Assembly: GCF_009914755.1 (NCBI RefSeq)
Contig: NC_060943.1
DNA length: 64,000 nt
Strand: one strand, 5' to 3'
From: the human T2T-CHM13v2.0 reference genome, Homo sapiens
In this document: piece after piece, positions 1 through 15,325 of the stretch
How the letters are laid out: each line of letters begins with the position of its first letter
How positions within the stretch are numbered: the stretch's first letter is position 1
Notes under the pieces: generated by a model
Told to the model about the DNA's origin: nothing
Databases searched by the model: none
Seen by the model: only the letters and a program-made list of their open reading frames with translations
Made by a program: the position numbers and the translations under genes

Positions 1-612
1 GGAATTAGCCAGGGGAGAGGGGAAAGGGTATTCCAGACGGAAGGACAACTCGAGCAAAGACAGGGAAGGATAATTTAAAAATACAGTGGTGCTTTGTGCA
101 TGATTTCTTTTAGTTTTCTCCAAAAGGTGTCATCATCCACCTCATTTTACAGATGGGAAAACTGACCCTTAAAGAGAAAAAGGGAGTAGCATAAGCCACA
201 TGCTGAGTCAGCGATGATCCTGAATTTGAAGCTCCTGAACCTGACCCCAGAGCTCCAGCTGCTAGCCAGTCCAGTCTCTTTCTGATGGGACAAGTTCTTC
301 CTAGGATCAAAGGTGCCCTGCAAACTAACAAGGAATGGGCAAGGCAGAAGGGCGTCCTGAGCATGGGAAGGAAAGGGCCTTGGCTGAGGTGTTCCTCGGA
401 GCCACCAGAAGTGGGGGACACCCAGCTCTTTGAAATGAATAGCCTGGGAAGAAAGGGACAGAACAGATGCTTCCAAAACCTGCCACCCGCTTCCATTCTC
501 AAACTTGGAGAGGAGTGAGAAGGAGTGGCCAACTTGGAAAATCTGACAGTGAGTTGGAAGTGGATTCCTGCGGTGGCTGCCCCCGCTCCCCACCACGCCC
601 CGTCAATGTCAC

Positions 613-760
613 CTTCAAAGTCAACTGTGCCGTCTCCATTAACATCAGCCTCCCGGACAACCTCAGAGATCTCCCGGGGGGTGAGCCGCTCCCCCAGGAG
701 TCTCTGCATGGCCTGCTGTAGCTCCGCCAGGGTGATCTCCCCATCTCCATTCGTGTCAAA
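613..760 (-). CDS. CABP5: CABP5 exon 5 (EF-hands 3 and 4, FDTNGDGEITLAEL...ADVNGDGTVDFE); final exon is outside the window
   Basis: ttcag| acceptor, |gtgac donor, 148 nt. Exons 1-5 total 496 nt, leaving 26 nt to complete a 173-aa protein plus stop. Confidence 0.97.
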
Positions 761-887
761 CTGAATAGAAGCAGAAATAGATTATATCAGCAATGACAAT
801 GATGATAGCCACGAGATGATGGAGTTTACCTATCGCTTACTGTGGGTCAAGCACTGAGATAAAAGCTTTGGGAATGTGAGCCACTAG

Positions 888-2010
<1,123 letters not shown>

Positions 2011-3032
2011 TTTTAAATGACCCATGCTGCTTACATTGTATTTATTTTGGATGACACAGCTGTAGGCTGAGGAAGCTGCAAGTTAACAAGTGCCGTAAGG
2101 CAGGAAGGTGTACTTGAGGAAGAGGCAGAAGTGGGGAGTGTTTAGGGAGGCGTGAGCTGGGGAGAAATGAGCATGAAATAGACAAGGTCTCAGTGTTGCA
2201 GAAGGCAGGGCCCAAGTACGTAGGGGCTTGTGTGTCATGGGACGTTGTCAGGATTTGGTTCTGAGTAAGACAAGAAGCCACTGGAGAATTTTAAGCAGGG
2301 GAGTGACCAGATCTGATATACATTTTAAAAGAATGTGAGCATGAAACCCTGTTGTGTAGAGAACAGACCACAGTAGGACCACGATGGGAGCCAGGAAACC
2401 AATTAGAGGGCCGCCATGATCATCCTGGTAGGAGATGGTTGTGGTTTGAGCCAGTTAGCACCAGCAGAGCTCAAGAAGGAGAGTTCACTCCCCGATGTTT
2501 TGGAAATTGAACGTACTAGACTTTCTGGTAGACTAGTTAAGGGTGTGCAGGGCAGAGCTTTGGAGGCAGTTCATTAATTCAACACATATGTATCCATATT
2601 GCTAAAAAAAAATGTGTCAGTAGTGCCCATGTGGAAGGCACCGTTCTTGGGACTGAGCACGGAGCAGCAAGCAAGACACTTAGAAATACTTGTCTTCTGT
2701 ACCTGGCTTATTTCACCCAGCATACTGTCCTCCAGGTTCATTTGTGTTGTTGTGTGGGGCAGGATTTCCTTCTTTTGTAAGGCTGAATATTGCATTTAAA
2801 TATATACCACGCAGAAGGAGAAATACTGCATGATTCCACTTACATATGAAGTACTTAAAATAACCACACTCATAGAAGCAGAGAGTAGAAGGATAGTTGC
2901 TGGGGGTTAGGAGGACAGGGAAATGGGGAGATATTGTACCATGGGTATAAAGTTTCAGTTACGCAAGATAGGTTCTAGAGATCTGCTGTGTGGCATTGTG
3001 CCTATAATTAATAATACTGCATAATGACAAAT

Positions 3033-3077
3033 ATTGCTTTTAATGGCAAAATCACAATTACTTTTGCATCAATCTAA
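3033..3077. mobile_element. MADE1 half element
   Basis: ttttaatggcaaaatcacaattacttttgcatcaatctaa. Confidence 0.8.
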
Positions 3078-3082
3078 TAACT

Positions 3083-3207
3083 ATGGGCAAAAGACGTGAA
3101 CAGCCATCTCTCTAAAGAAGACAAATGGGCAAAAGACGTGAACAGCCATCTCTCTAAAGAAGACAAATGGGCAAAAGACGTGAACAGCTATCTCTCTAAA
3201 GAAGACA
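3083..3207. repeat. 42-bp tandem triplication inside an L1 fragment
   Basis: atgggcaaaagacgtgaacagccatctctctaaagaagacaa x3. Confidence 0.95.
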
Positions 3208-3504
3208 GACAAATGGCAAACAAGTTCGTGAAAAAAATGCTCAGCATCACTAATCATTTGGGAAATTTAAATTAAAACCACAATGAAATATCACCTCACA
3301 TCTGTTAGGATGGCTACTGTTAAAAAGATGAATAATAACAAGTGTTGGTGAGGATGTGGATAAAAGGGAACCCTGGTACACTTTTGCTGGGTATGGAAAT
3401 TAGCACAGCTATTATGGAAAATGGTATGGAGGTTCCTTAGAAAATTAAACCTAGAGCTGCCATATGACCCAGCAATACCACTTCTGGGTATGTATCTAAA
3501 GTAA

Positions 3505-3834
<330 letters not shown>

Positions 3835-4840
3835 TAATTTTGTATTTTTAGTAGAGACGGGGTTTCTCCATGTTGGTCAGGCTGGTCTCAAACTCCCGAC
3901 CTCAGGTGATCCACCCACCTCAGCCTCCCAAAGTGCTGGGATTACAGGCATGAGCCACTGCACCTGGCCTTAAAATTTTCTAGTAGTGACGTTTAAAAAA
4001 ATGTTAAAAGGAACAAATGAAACTAATTTTTAATATTCTCTTTTATTTGACACAATATATCTAAAGTGTTATCCTTTCATCATGTAATCCACTTAAAAAT
4101 TATTAATTTAGCTATGTAAGTAGCATTCTTTTTATACACACTGGATTTCATAAGGCAGTAAGTTCTAAGTTCTTAGTAGGTGCTTAGCATGCTTAATTAG
4201 GATACTTAGCCTAGAAGTTTACTTAAGTATACAAGTACGTTATGCTAATTATATTAGCATACTAAGTCTTAATACAGTGTTCACGTTACACTTACAGCAC
4301 TTCTCAATCCAGACAACTTTTTCTTTTTGTTTTGAGATGGAGTTTCACTCTTATAACCCAGGCTGGAATGCAATGGTGCGATCTCAGCTCACTGCAACCT
4401 CTGCCTCCCAGGTTCAAGCAATTCCCTGCCTCAGCCTCCCAAGTAGCTGGGATTACAGGCGCCCACCACCATGTCTGGCTAAATTTTTTTGCATTTTTAG
4501 TAGAGACGGGGTTTCAGCATCTTGGCCAGGCTGGTCTTAAAGTCCTGACCTTGTGATCCACCTGCATCGGCCTCCCAAAGTGCTGGGATTATGGGTGTGA
4601 GCCACTGAGCCCGGCCAGCTGTAGATCTTTATAAGAAGCTGGGGGAGGCACTTGCACAGCCAATAGGTGGAAGCCTCCTAGGATTTGAACCCATGTTTGC
4701 CTGGTTCCAAATCCTTTGCTCCCAAACACTCTACTACTCTTTATTTTCACCTTGTGTTGCTGAAAGCTCTCAGAACGAGAAGGTATTTTATCAGGGGATA
4801 TAAGCAAGTCTGTTATTCTCACTGGGTCTGATATTTTTTA

Positions 4841-5242
<402 letters not shown>

Positions 5243-5609
5243 CTAACATTTATTCTAGAGATGGCAGGATCTTGGATAAGATTTATAATCTTCATGAGCC
5301 TCACTTTTCTCATCTGTTTAATTGGGATACATGACTGCTTGCTTACTCCTAATGTGTTTGTGTGCGTGTTTTTGTTTTTGTTTGTTTGTTTTTTTGAGGA
5401 TTAAATCAGATAAAGTATACAGAGGCATTGATCCATTGCAGGTGTTTGGAATATGTTATTTTTCTTCCCTATTTATTGATCCCACCATGGCTGGAAAAAA
5501 AAAGGTGGGGGCCTGGTTGGTGGGTGCTGTCCATGGCATTGGCTAATTACAGGCAGACCTCAGAGGGTCTGCCTCTACCATCACCAGCACCATGACACTG
5601 TTAACTCAC

Positions 5610-5719
5610 CTCCTTGAAGGCATCCCGCATCTCCTGGACACCGATCATCCCAGCTGTTTCTGCAAGCAATTTGGGGGTCATCAGCTCCACAAAGTCATCA
5701 AAGTCTACACGGCCACCCA
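5610..5719 (-). CDS. CABP5: CABP5 exon 4 (degenerate EF-hand 2 and linker, [37 protein letters not shown])
   Basis: ctcag| acceptor, |gtgagt donor, 110 nt, in frame. Confidence 0.97.
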
Positions 5720-6072
5720 CTGAGGAAGATGGCACAGGATTAGCGAGACCCCACAAGCCCTGGCCTTCCATTACCTCACTTTGTGCTTCGAGTCAGTTAG
5801 ATCAGCTCCCTTCTCCCTGCCCTATAAGAGCCGTCTTTGACTTCCTCCCTCCAGCAGCTAACTCCAAGCTCCAAACTCATGTCCCTCTAGCCTGAACAGG
5901 AGTGGATAGGGTGTGGTATGGTGGAAGTAACTGCCTGTGTGACTTTCAGACAGTTGGTTAAGATGTTTCTCCTCCTCTGTAGACCTGTACAAAGAGGAGC
6001 ATGAATTAAATGAGCATACAAATTTTTTTCAGATATGAATACTATCATTACCTTGAATTCAACCTTGTTTAG

Positions 6073-6352
<280 letters not shown>

Positions 6353-7005
6353 TGATCTGCCCACCTCAGCCTCCCAGAGTGCTGGAATTACAGGTTACAG
6401 GTGTGAGACACTGCGCCCAGCCTCAATAGGAATTTTATTCTAGCTAAAATCTAAAAATCAGTTATGATCTCCATCCAAAAATCCATCCATCCTTTTTGCA
6501 GCTGTATTCACCAACATTAGCTCCAGCTCCAAGTTTGTTTCCAACATCCAATACAGCTCCAATCTCGTGCTCCACTGATGAATCTTAGTGGTGATAGTAA
6601 TAACTACCTTTAATAAGAATTTACTGGAGGCTAAGACTTTAACTGCATCAGCATCTTTATCTCTTCCTTCTCTTCCTTTCCACAGTCCCATGAGGTAAGG
6701 AGAGAGGCATCTTCCTCTATAGATGAGGAAATGGAAACTCAAGAGTAGCGGATAACTTCACTTTTCAAAATGACTGTAATTAGTAAATAATAGAACTGAG
6801 ATTTGAACCCAGACCTATCTCTAAAAGCTTTTAACCACTTCAAATGCTGCCTTCCTGAGTCAAATCTGACCTGTTTTCTTCCAGACTTCTAGTCCCTCTC
6901 ATCCTCCTCTCCACCCCGAACTCTACTCTTAACCTCTACATCCTTCCCAATTCTGCCCTGATCCCTTCCCTAACCCCGGCCATCCCTCCCATTCCCTGGA
7001 CTCAC

Positions 7006-7149
7006 AGTTCATGCGGATTTGCTGGCCGAGCTCAATCAGTTCCATCTCCGTGGGCATGTAACCCATAGTCCTCATGAGATTCCCCAGATCCTTACAAGAG
7101 ATGAACCCATCTCGGTCCTTATCGAACTCAAGAAATGCTTCCCGCAGCT
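7006..7149 (-). CDS. CABP5: CABP5 exon 3 (EF-hand 1, [22 protein letters not shown]...IRMN)
   Basis: ttcag| acceptor, |gtgagt donor, 144 nt, canonical DxDxDG loop. Confidence 0.97.
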
Positions 7150-7264
7150 CTGAAAGTTAAGAGAGAACTTTGGGGGAACTTGAAGCAGTCAGTGGGGAAG
7201 AGTGGCATCTCTTGAAGCTATCAATGAGGCTCCAACTAGAGACTCCTTAAAGGAGCGTACATTA

Positions 7265-7480
<216 letters not shown>

Positions 7481-7972
7481 TCAGCCAAGGCAGAAGAATC
7501 GCTTGAACCTGGGAGGCGGAGGTAGCAGTGAGAGGAGATCGTGCCATTGCACTCCAGCCTGGCAACAAGAGCAAAACTCTGTCTCAAAAAAGAAAAAAAA
7601 ATTCAAAAAGGAGTGATGTATGAAATGTGTTAGCAAAAGAGGCATCATTCCTGAGACCACTAAATGAGAGCACTGGCGTCCTTCAGATTCCTGGATGAAG
7701 TTATGGGGAACCTCAAAGTCACCAAGAGAGAAACTCATTTGTTTTCACTCCTGAGTCTTGGAGATACTTGAGGATGGATATGCCTTCGAAATACTTTGGG
7801 AAGTCCTTCAACTGCCACGAGAAAGAGTTCTACAAAATTACAGTTGAGTGGGAAGAGAGAGGGATTGTAAAAATTCCATGTAATGGAATTTATACAGAAA
7901 TGCACAAAGGGACTGAGGGCAGGTCAGGTGGGTGGATGGCAACGTGGAAGCAACTGGGGAAGACGGTGTTAC

Positions 7973-8003
7973 CTTCAATCTCATCTTGTCCCAGTGGTCT
8001 TTC
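7973..8003 (-). CDS. CABP5: CABP5 exon 2, 31-nt micro-exon (ERPLGQDEIE)
   Basis: ttccag|GAAAGACCACTGGGACAAGATGAGATTGAAG|gtaac; in frame with exons 1 and 3. Confidence 0.95.
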
Positions 8004-8862
8004 CTGGAAAGGAATGCAGATGAGAGGGAATTTGGAGAGAGGGTCACCCATTCTCCAAAGGGTCTCCTTGTTCTCCCAAGCTCCTCCCCACGCTCTCGTG
8101 GTTCTCTTTCCATTCTCTCTCTCCTCCTCCATCCCTCCCATTCCTTTTCCCATCTCCTGACTCCTGTTCCACAGTTCTTGGCTCCCCACCCCCCTCTCGA
8201 TGTCTCTCTCCCACCCACGAATCCCAATCTCCCTTTTTCTCCCTTTCTGAGACAAACACCCATCACATTGTGTCAAAGGGGGTCTTAAACACTGGGGAGT
8301 CCAATCTCCAGATGAAAAAAGTGAGACTTCACAACCACAGCTAACTCATTCAGAGTGGTGACTCTGTGCCAGGCAGTTTCCACAATCATTTCATTTAAAC
8401 CTCAGTACTGCTCTGTGATGCAGATCTACATCTCGTTTCCATCTTACCCATGAGAAAGCTGAGGAACAGAGAGGTTAAGGAACCTGCACAAGGTCACACA
8501 GCTCACAAGCAGCAGATCCCCTCCCAAGGGAGGAAGGCATTCACCTGCTCCCTGGAGGTCATGGGGCAAGTCAGACACAGTATTGGGATTTGAATTCAGG
8601 GCTCCTGACTCCCAAGTCAGAATTCTTCACACTAGCCCCCATTCACTCCTTTCTCACCTGCCTCCAATCTTCCTGCCAAAGGTTAGAATCTCTGTGCATG
8701 GAAACAGCATTCAATGGCTTTCAGGCAGGAGGGTCAGTGCCAGCATGACCAGTTCCTAAACACTCTGAGAATGTCCAGTTATTGCTGCCCCACCTACTCC
8801 TGCACATACCTGAAGGGTTGGGCTTACATATACATGGCATGTTAACAAGGAAATTCTACTGA

Positions 8863-9210
<348 letters not shown>

Positions 9211-9314
9211 TGATCCACCTGCTTTGGCCTCCCAAAGGGCTGGGATCACAGGCGTGAGCCACTGCCTGGCCTTTTTTATTCTCTTTTTTTGGTGATCTTA
9301 AAGCCTAACAATGA

Positions 9315-9569
<255 letters not shown>

Positions 9570-9709
9570 TGAGCTATTTTTTTGTATTTTTAGTAGAGAT
9601 GGGGTCTTGTGTTTCCCAGGCTGGTCTCAAACTCCTGGACTTAAGTGATCCTCCCGCCTCTGCCTCCCAAGATGCTGCGATTCAGGCATGAGCCACTATA
9701 CTTGGCCGA

Positions 9710-9912
9710 CCCTGCCACTTACTAACTGTGTAAGCTTAAGGCAAATGACTTCATGACTCAGAGCTTCACTTTCCTCACCTGTAAAATGGGAATGAAAGTC
9801 ACTGACCTCATGAGTTGTTCTGAGGTGTAAATAACATCAGGTGTGCAAATCCCTTTGCACAGGGCTGGGCACAGAACAATGACTTAATAAGTGGCAGCTA
9901 TTGTTATTAACG
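9710..9912 (+). mobile_element. MIR whose 3' tail runs into the CAC/CAT VNTR
   Basis: ttcctcacctgtaaaatgggaat core and a ...gctattgttatt end. Confidence 0.75.
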
Positions 9913-9913
9913 T

Positions 9914-11412
9914 CATCATTATCATCACCACCACCACCACCATCATCATCACCATCATCAACATCATCATCATCACCATCATCACCACCACCACCACCAT
10001 AACCACCACCACCACCATCACCACCATCACCACCATCACCACCACCACCTTCATCATCACCACCATCACCATCACCACCATCACCACCACCACCACTACC
10101 ACCACCATCATCACCAGCACCACCATCACCATCACCACCATCACCACCACCACCACCACCACCACCACCACCATCACCACCACCACCATCACCATCACCA
10201 CCACCATCACCACCACCATCAACACCATTACCACCACCACCACTACCACCACCATCAATACCACCATCACCACCACCATCATCATCACCATCACCACCAT
10301 CATCACCACCACCATCACCACCATCACCATCACCATCACCACCATCATCATCACCACCATCACCATCACCACCACCACCATCATCACCACCATCACCACC
10401 AGCACCACCACTATCAACATCATCATCATCACCACCATCAACACCATCATCACCACCACTGTCATCACCACCACCACCACCATCACCACCACCATCACCA
10501 CCATCTCACCATCACCATCACCACCATCATCACCACCACCATCACCACCACCATCATCACCATCACCACCATCATCATCACCACCATCACCACCACCATC
10601 ACCACCACCATCACCATCACCATCACCACCACCACCATCACCACCAGCACCACCAGCACCACCACCATCAACATCATCATCATCACCATCACCACCATCA
10701 CCACCACCGTCATCACCACCAGCACCACCATCACCACCACCATCACCACCATCTCACCATCATCACCATCACCACCATCATCACCACCACCATCACCACC
10801 ACCATCACCATCACCACCATCTCACCATCACCATCACCACCATCATCACCACCACCATCACCACCACCATCATCACCATCACCACCATCATCATCACCAC
10901 CATCACCACCACCATCACCACCACCATCACCATCACCATCACCACCACCACCATCACCACCAGCACCACCAGCACCACCACCATCAACATCATCATCATC
11001 ACCATCACCACCATCATCACCACCACTGTCATCACCACCAGCACCACCATCACCACCACCATCACCACCATCTCACCATCATCACCATCACCACCATCAT
11101 CACCACCACCATCACCACCACCATCACCATCACCATCACCACCATCTCACCATCACCATCACCACCATCATCACCACCACCATCACCACCACCATCACCA
11201 TCACCATCACCACCATCATCATCACCACCATCACCACCACCACCACCACCATCATCACCATCACCACCAGCACCACCACCAACATCATCATCATCACCAC
11301 CACCACCACCATCACCACCACCACCACCATCAACACCACCATCACCACCACCATCATCATCACCACCACCACCATCACCACCATCTCACCATCATCACCA
11401 CCATTATCACAA
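9914..11412. repeat. About 1.5-kb (CAC/CAT)n trinucleotide VNTR with higher-order units, CABP5 intron 1
   Basis: Read directly; the frame-breaking marker ccatctcacc recurs six times. Confidence 0.98.
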
Positions 11413-11712
11413 TGAGCATCCATAGAAAAGAATGATGGTAATCTCAACAATGACATCATCCCACTTTCCCTTTTCATTTTTCTTCCTTTTCTCTCCTTCT
11501 CTTTGCTCCTGACTTTTGATTTTACCCCCACCCATTTATCTCACTGGCTTACATGACCCCACCAGGGTCCTTGGAATTTCTTATACCTTCTCAGCTCCTG
11601 CTCTATCCACCTGTTCCCCTGGTTCTGTGGCACCATCATGTCCCCTTCTTTGTCCCACACCCCTGCTCCCTTTGCCCCGCCCACCGCCCTTCCCCCTCAC
11701 TCCCCACCTCAC

Positions 11713-11775
11713 CCGCTGTTTCTCAGCAATGCCTTTCCTCAAGAAGATGCAGGCGGGGCCCATGGGGAACTGCAT
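11713..11775 (-). CDS. CABP5: CABP5 exon 1 coding part (MQFPMGPACIFLRKGIAEKQR)
   Basis: ATG at 11775, 21 codons, then donor CGG|gtgagg. The peptide matches the human CaBP5 N-terminus as I recall it. Confidence 0.97.
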
Positions 11776-12500
11776 GGAGGGGTGGGGTGGAGCTCGCAGG
11801 GCACCAGTCTCAAGATGGCCCCTCCTCCCTGCTCCCTGTCGGAGCTCAGCCTCCTTATCTTCTCCAGCACTCCTTTGCCACCTCTTCCTGCCTCTCTTGG
11901 CTTCTCCTTCGGTCCCGGTGTCTTAGAGCTGTGACAGCTGGGCTGGAAATCTCTACCCGGGTTGGGGAGGGACCAGAGCTGTCCCTGCCTCCCCATCTGG
12001 CTTGAATGATATGGGTGGGGAAATGCAGAGTCAGGTTCTGTGACGCCTTTATCCCCAGAGTGGAATTGGAAAGTGCATTTTATAAATGGGGATTAGAGGC
12101 TGGATGTGGTGCTCATGTCTGTAGTCCCAGCGCTTTGGGAGGCTGAGGTGGGAGGATTGCTTGAGCCCAGGAGTTTGAGACCAGCTGAGCAACATACGGA
12201 GAGGCTGTCTTTACAAAAAATAAAAAAATTAGCCGTGCATGGTGGCGCACACCTTTGGAGCTGTAGTCCCAGCTGCTCCAAAGGCAGAGATGGGAGGATT
12301 GCTTGAGCCCAGGAGTTCAAGGCTGCAGTGAGCTATGATTGTACCATTGCACTCCAGGCTGCAGTGAACTACGATTGCACCATTGTACTCCAGCCTGGCT
12401 GACATAGTGAGACCCTGTCTCGAAAAAAAGAAAAAAAAAGAAAAAAAAGAAAAGAAAATGGAGGATTAGAGCAGACGGCATCATTTATTCAATGTTCCAA
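11776..12500 (-). promoter_or_regulatory. CABP5: CABP5 5'UTR and proximal promoter with TATAAAA (12084-12078) and CRX/OTX2-type CTAATCC motifs (12096-12090, 12469-12463)
   Basis: Motifs read directly upstream of the ATG. K50 homeodomain TAATCC sites are typical of retinal genes. The TSS cannot be fixed from sequence alone. Confidence 0.55.
12098..12458 (+). mobile_element. AluJ in the CABP5 promoter with an internal 36-bp tandem duplication
   Basis: AluJ diagnostics (gaggattgcttgagcccagg); aggctgcagtga..actcc repeated at 12320-12391. Confidence 0.9.
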
Positions 12501-13329
12501 CAAGCATGTGAAGGGTCACTCCAACACTGGCCTCTGGGCAGTGAGATGGAGAGCTCAGCACCCCTGGCCTCAGGGAGTTTTCCTGGGTGAGTCGGGAATG
12601 TGTGAGAGTGAGCAGGATGCAAGCATGGACTTCAGGAAGTGGGCGTACACGGTGACTAAGAGCATGGCATTTGCTCTTCCTCTGTTCATCTCTTTCCTTC
12701 TGTCTTTCCTGAATGATTTAGAGGGAAAAAGCAAGGTGGGGGTGTCAGGGAGGGTGTGAAGTTATGGTGGTGTCAAAGCCCAAAGGGGTTTTGCGACTCC
12801 ACACTAGGTAGGGTTAGGGGAGGAGGGGGCTGGGGGCCATCTGGCGTGGAGAGCCAGCATTCCAGTGGGGTAGTGGGGTGAGGAGAAGTCCACATAGAGG
12901 GGCAGCATGACCCAGGGTGTTGGGGCTGGAGATGGTGGGGATAAATCCACAGATGGGCAGCTTGGTGTGCAGTGTTGGAACATGAGCTGAGTGGGGCGGG
13001 GGCATTTATATGCAGGCATTGTCTGGGGTGGAGGTTTGCACTGTAAGGCAATTAGGAAGGAGGCCACATAGAGGGGATCTGGCATGGGTTGTCATAACCC
13101 AAGCAGAGAGAGAAATGTCCACTCATGGGAATAGCATGGTGTATGGTGTTGAAGCCAGACTAGGCTGGGAAAGACATCCCCACAGGGGTGAAATGGCAAA
13201 GGAAAAGGGAAATTGGCTACACACAGTGAGTAAGGGGAATGGGGGCCAGGTCTCCTACTGTTGGAAAAGGGAGTTACTAAGACAGAAAGGAGGAAAGTCG
13301 AATGAGCCCTGTGGTGTTGGACTATAACT

Positions 13330-14832
13330 GGAGGCGTTGGTATGTCCTCATGGATCTCAATTATACATAGAGAGATAAAAATAAACACATAGTTTCAGTG
13401 TGTATAGGAACATTTGTACACATATTCTCTAGCTCTCTCCACTAAGAGAACATAGAAACAATGATGGCCCATACGAATGAGCACCACTAGCATCCAAATC
13501 TTGACTTCTATATACCATTCTCCACCAAATGGAACCAGAGTGCCTAGGAAATTTGGCTGATTCCATGTCTAGAGCAAAAAAAGAACAAGATGAGCCTACA
13601 AACGTCCTATGCTTAAAGCAAGAAATTGCTCAAAGTGTTGTGAGAACATGTGGAAAGAACACAGGAGTCTGCTTGAAGAAGCTCCATTGGCCATACTGGG
13701 CAGTTTGAGAGTCAAAATAAATAATGATAGTAACAAATTATACAGGACCACAGAAGAAACCAGGAGTCCATACTCAGATAAATAAAAAGCTAAGTGAGAA
13801 GTTTGATATTTACAGAGCTCAAAATACCTCCCTACAAAATACCAATTTCAAAGGAGTTACTTTATAGTGGAGAAACGTGGCAAACACCATCTTAGTCAAT
13901 GAAAGTGGACATCATCAGTAATGTGACAAGTTGGAATTTCACACCACCTGACAGGATGTCACGAGAACAGCATCGCTTCTGTAAGATTCCTGAATCTCAT
14001 CATAATCAGACGTCAGACGAACCCACATGGAGGGATGGTTTACAAAATAACTGGCCTGTAAGCTTCAAAAATGTCAAGGTCATGAAAATCAAGGAAAGAT
14101 TGAGGAACCGTTCGAGATTGGAGGAGACTAAGAAGACATGGCCGAGGCTGGGCGCGATGGCTCACACCTGTAATCCCAGCAATTTGGGAGGCTGAGGTGG
14201 GCAGATCACCTGAGGTCAGGAGTTCGAGACCAGCCTAACCAACGTGGAGAAACCCCGTCTCTACTAAAAATACAAAAAAATTAGCCGGGCATGGTGGCAC
14301 ATGCCTGTAATCCCTGCTACTCGGGAGGCTGAGGCAGCAGAATCGCTTAAACCCAGGAGGCGGAGGTTGCAGTGAGCCCAAGATCGTGCCATTGCACTCC
14401 AGCCTGGGCAACAAGAGCAAAACTCTGTCCAAAAAAAAAAAAAAAAAAAAAAAAAGCTACGACTGAATGCAACACAGAATTCTGAACAGGATCCTTCTGC
14501 TATCAAGGTCTTCTTTCGGATGACTGGTGGTTTGCTGGCAATAGTTTGGCAGCCCTTGGTCAGTAGAGCCTCACCCCAATCCCTGCTTCCATGTTCACAT
14601 GGTTTCCTCTCTGTATACATGCCTGTCTCTGTCTTTAAATCCCCCCCCCCTTTTTTAAAAGAATTTTATTTCAAATCTGGGATACATGTGCTGAACATGC
14701 AGGTTTATTACATAGGTATACATGTGCCATGCTGGTTTGCTGCACCAATCAACCCGTCACCTAGGTATTAAGCCCTGCATGCATTAGGTATTTGTCATAA
14801 TGCTCTCCCTCCCCTAAATCCCCCCTTTTCTT

Positions 14833-14863
<31 letters not shown>

Positions 14864-15325
14864 GAGACAGAGTCTTCACTCTGTCACCAGGCTGGAGTGC
14901 AGTGGCATGATTTGGCTCACTGCAAGCTCCACCTCCTGGGTTCAAGCGGTTCTCCTGCCTCAGCCTCCCGAGTAGCTGGGACTATAGGTGTGTGCCACCA
15001 TGCCCAGCTAATTTTTGTATTTTTAGTAGAGATGAGGTTTCACCATGTTGGTCAGGATGGTATCAATCTCTTGACTTTGTGATCCACCTGCCTCGGCCTC
15101 CCAAAGTGCTGGGATTACAGGCGTGAGCCACTGCGCCCGGCGAAATCTCCCCTTTTCATAAGGACACTAGTCATTGTGGATTAGGGTCCACACGAATGAC
15201 CTCATCTTCACTTGATGACATTGGTAAAGACCTTATTTCCATGCAAGGTCACATTCACAGGCACTGGGGGTTACAATGGCCACATCTTTTGGTGGGGGTG
15301 GGACACACAATTCATCCCATAACAG
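13330..15325. mobile_element. Intergenic nest: L1MC-like 3' fragment, AluSp (+, 14147-14455), MLT1C-like LTR, L1PA 3' stub (-, 14655-14815), Alu (-, 14828-15140)
   Basis: Family motifs recognised by eye. Confidence 0.7.

Noticed and set aside
110-709. 199-aa ORF beginning with EF-hand sequence
   Set aside because: Only 613-709 is CABP5 exon 5; the rest is read-through past the GT donor into intron.
3083-3207. CRISPR-like direct repeats
   Set aside because: Head-to-tail copies without spacers, inside a mammalian L1.
9891-11435. 514-aa poly-Thr/Ile, Pro/Ser, His ORF and the poly-Val/Met ORFs on the other strand
   Set aside because: By-product of a CAC/CAT repeat that cannot form stop codons in those frames. 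It starts at GTG, and I saw no splice or promoter support.
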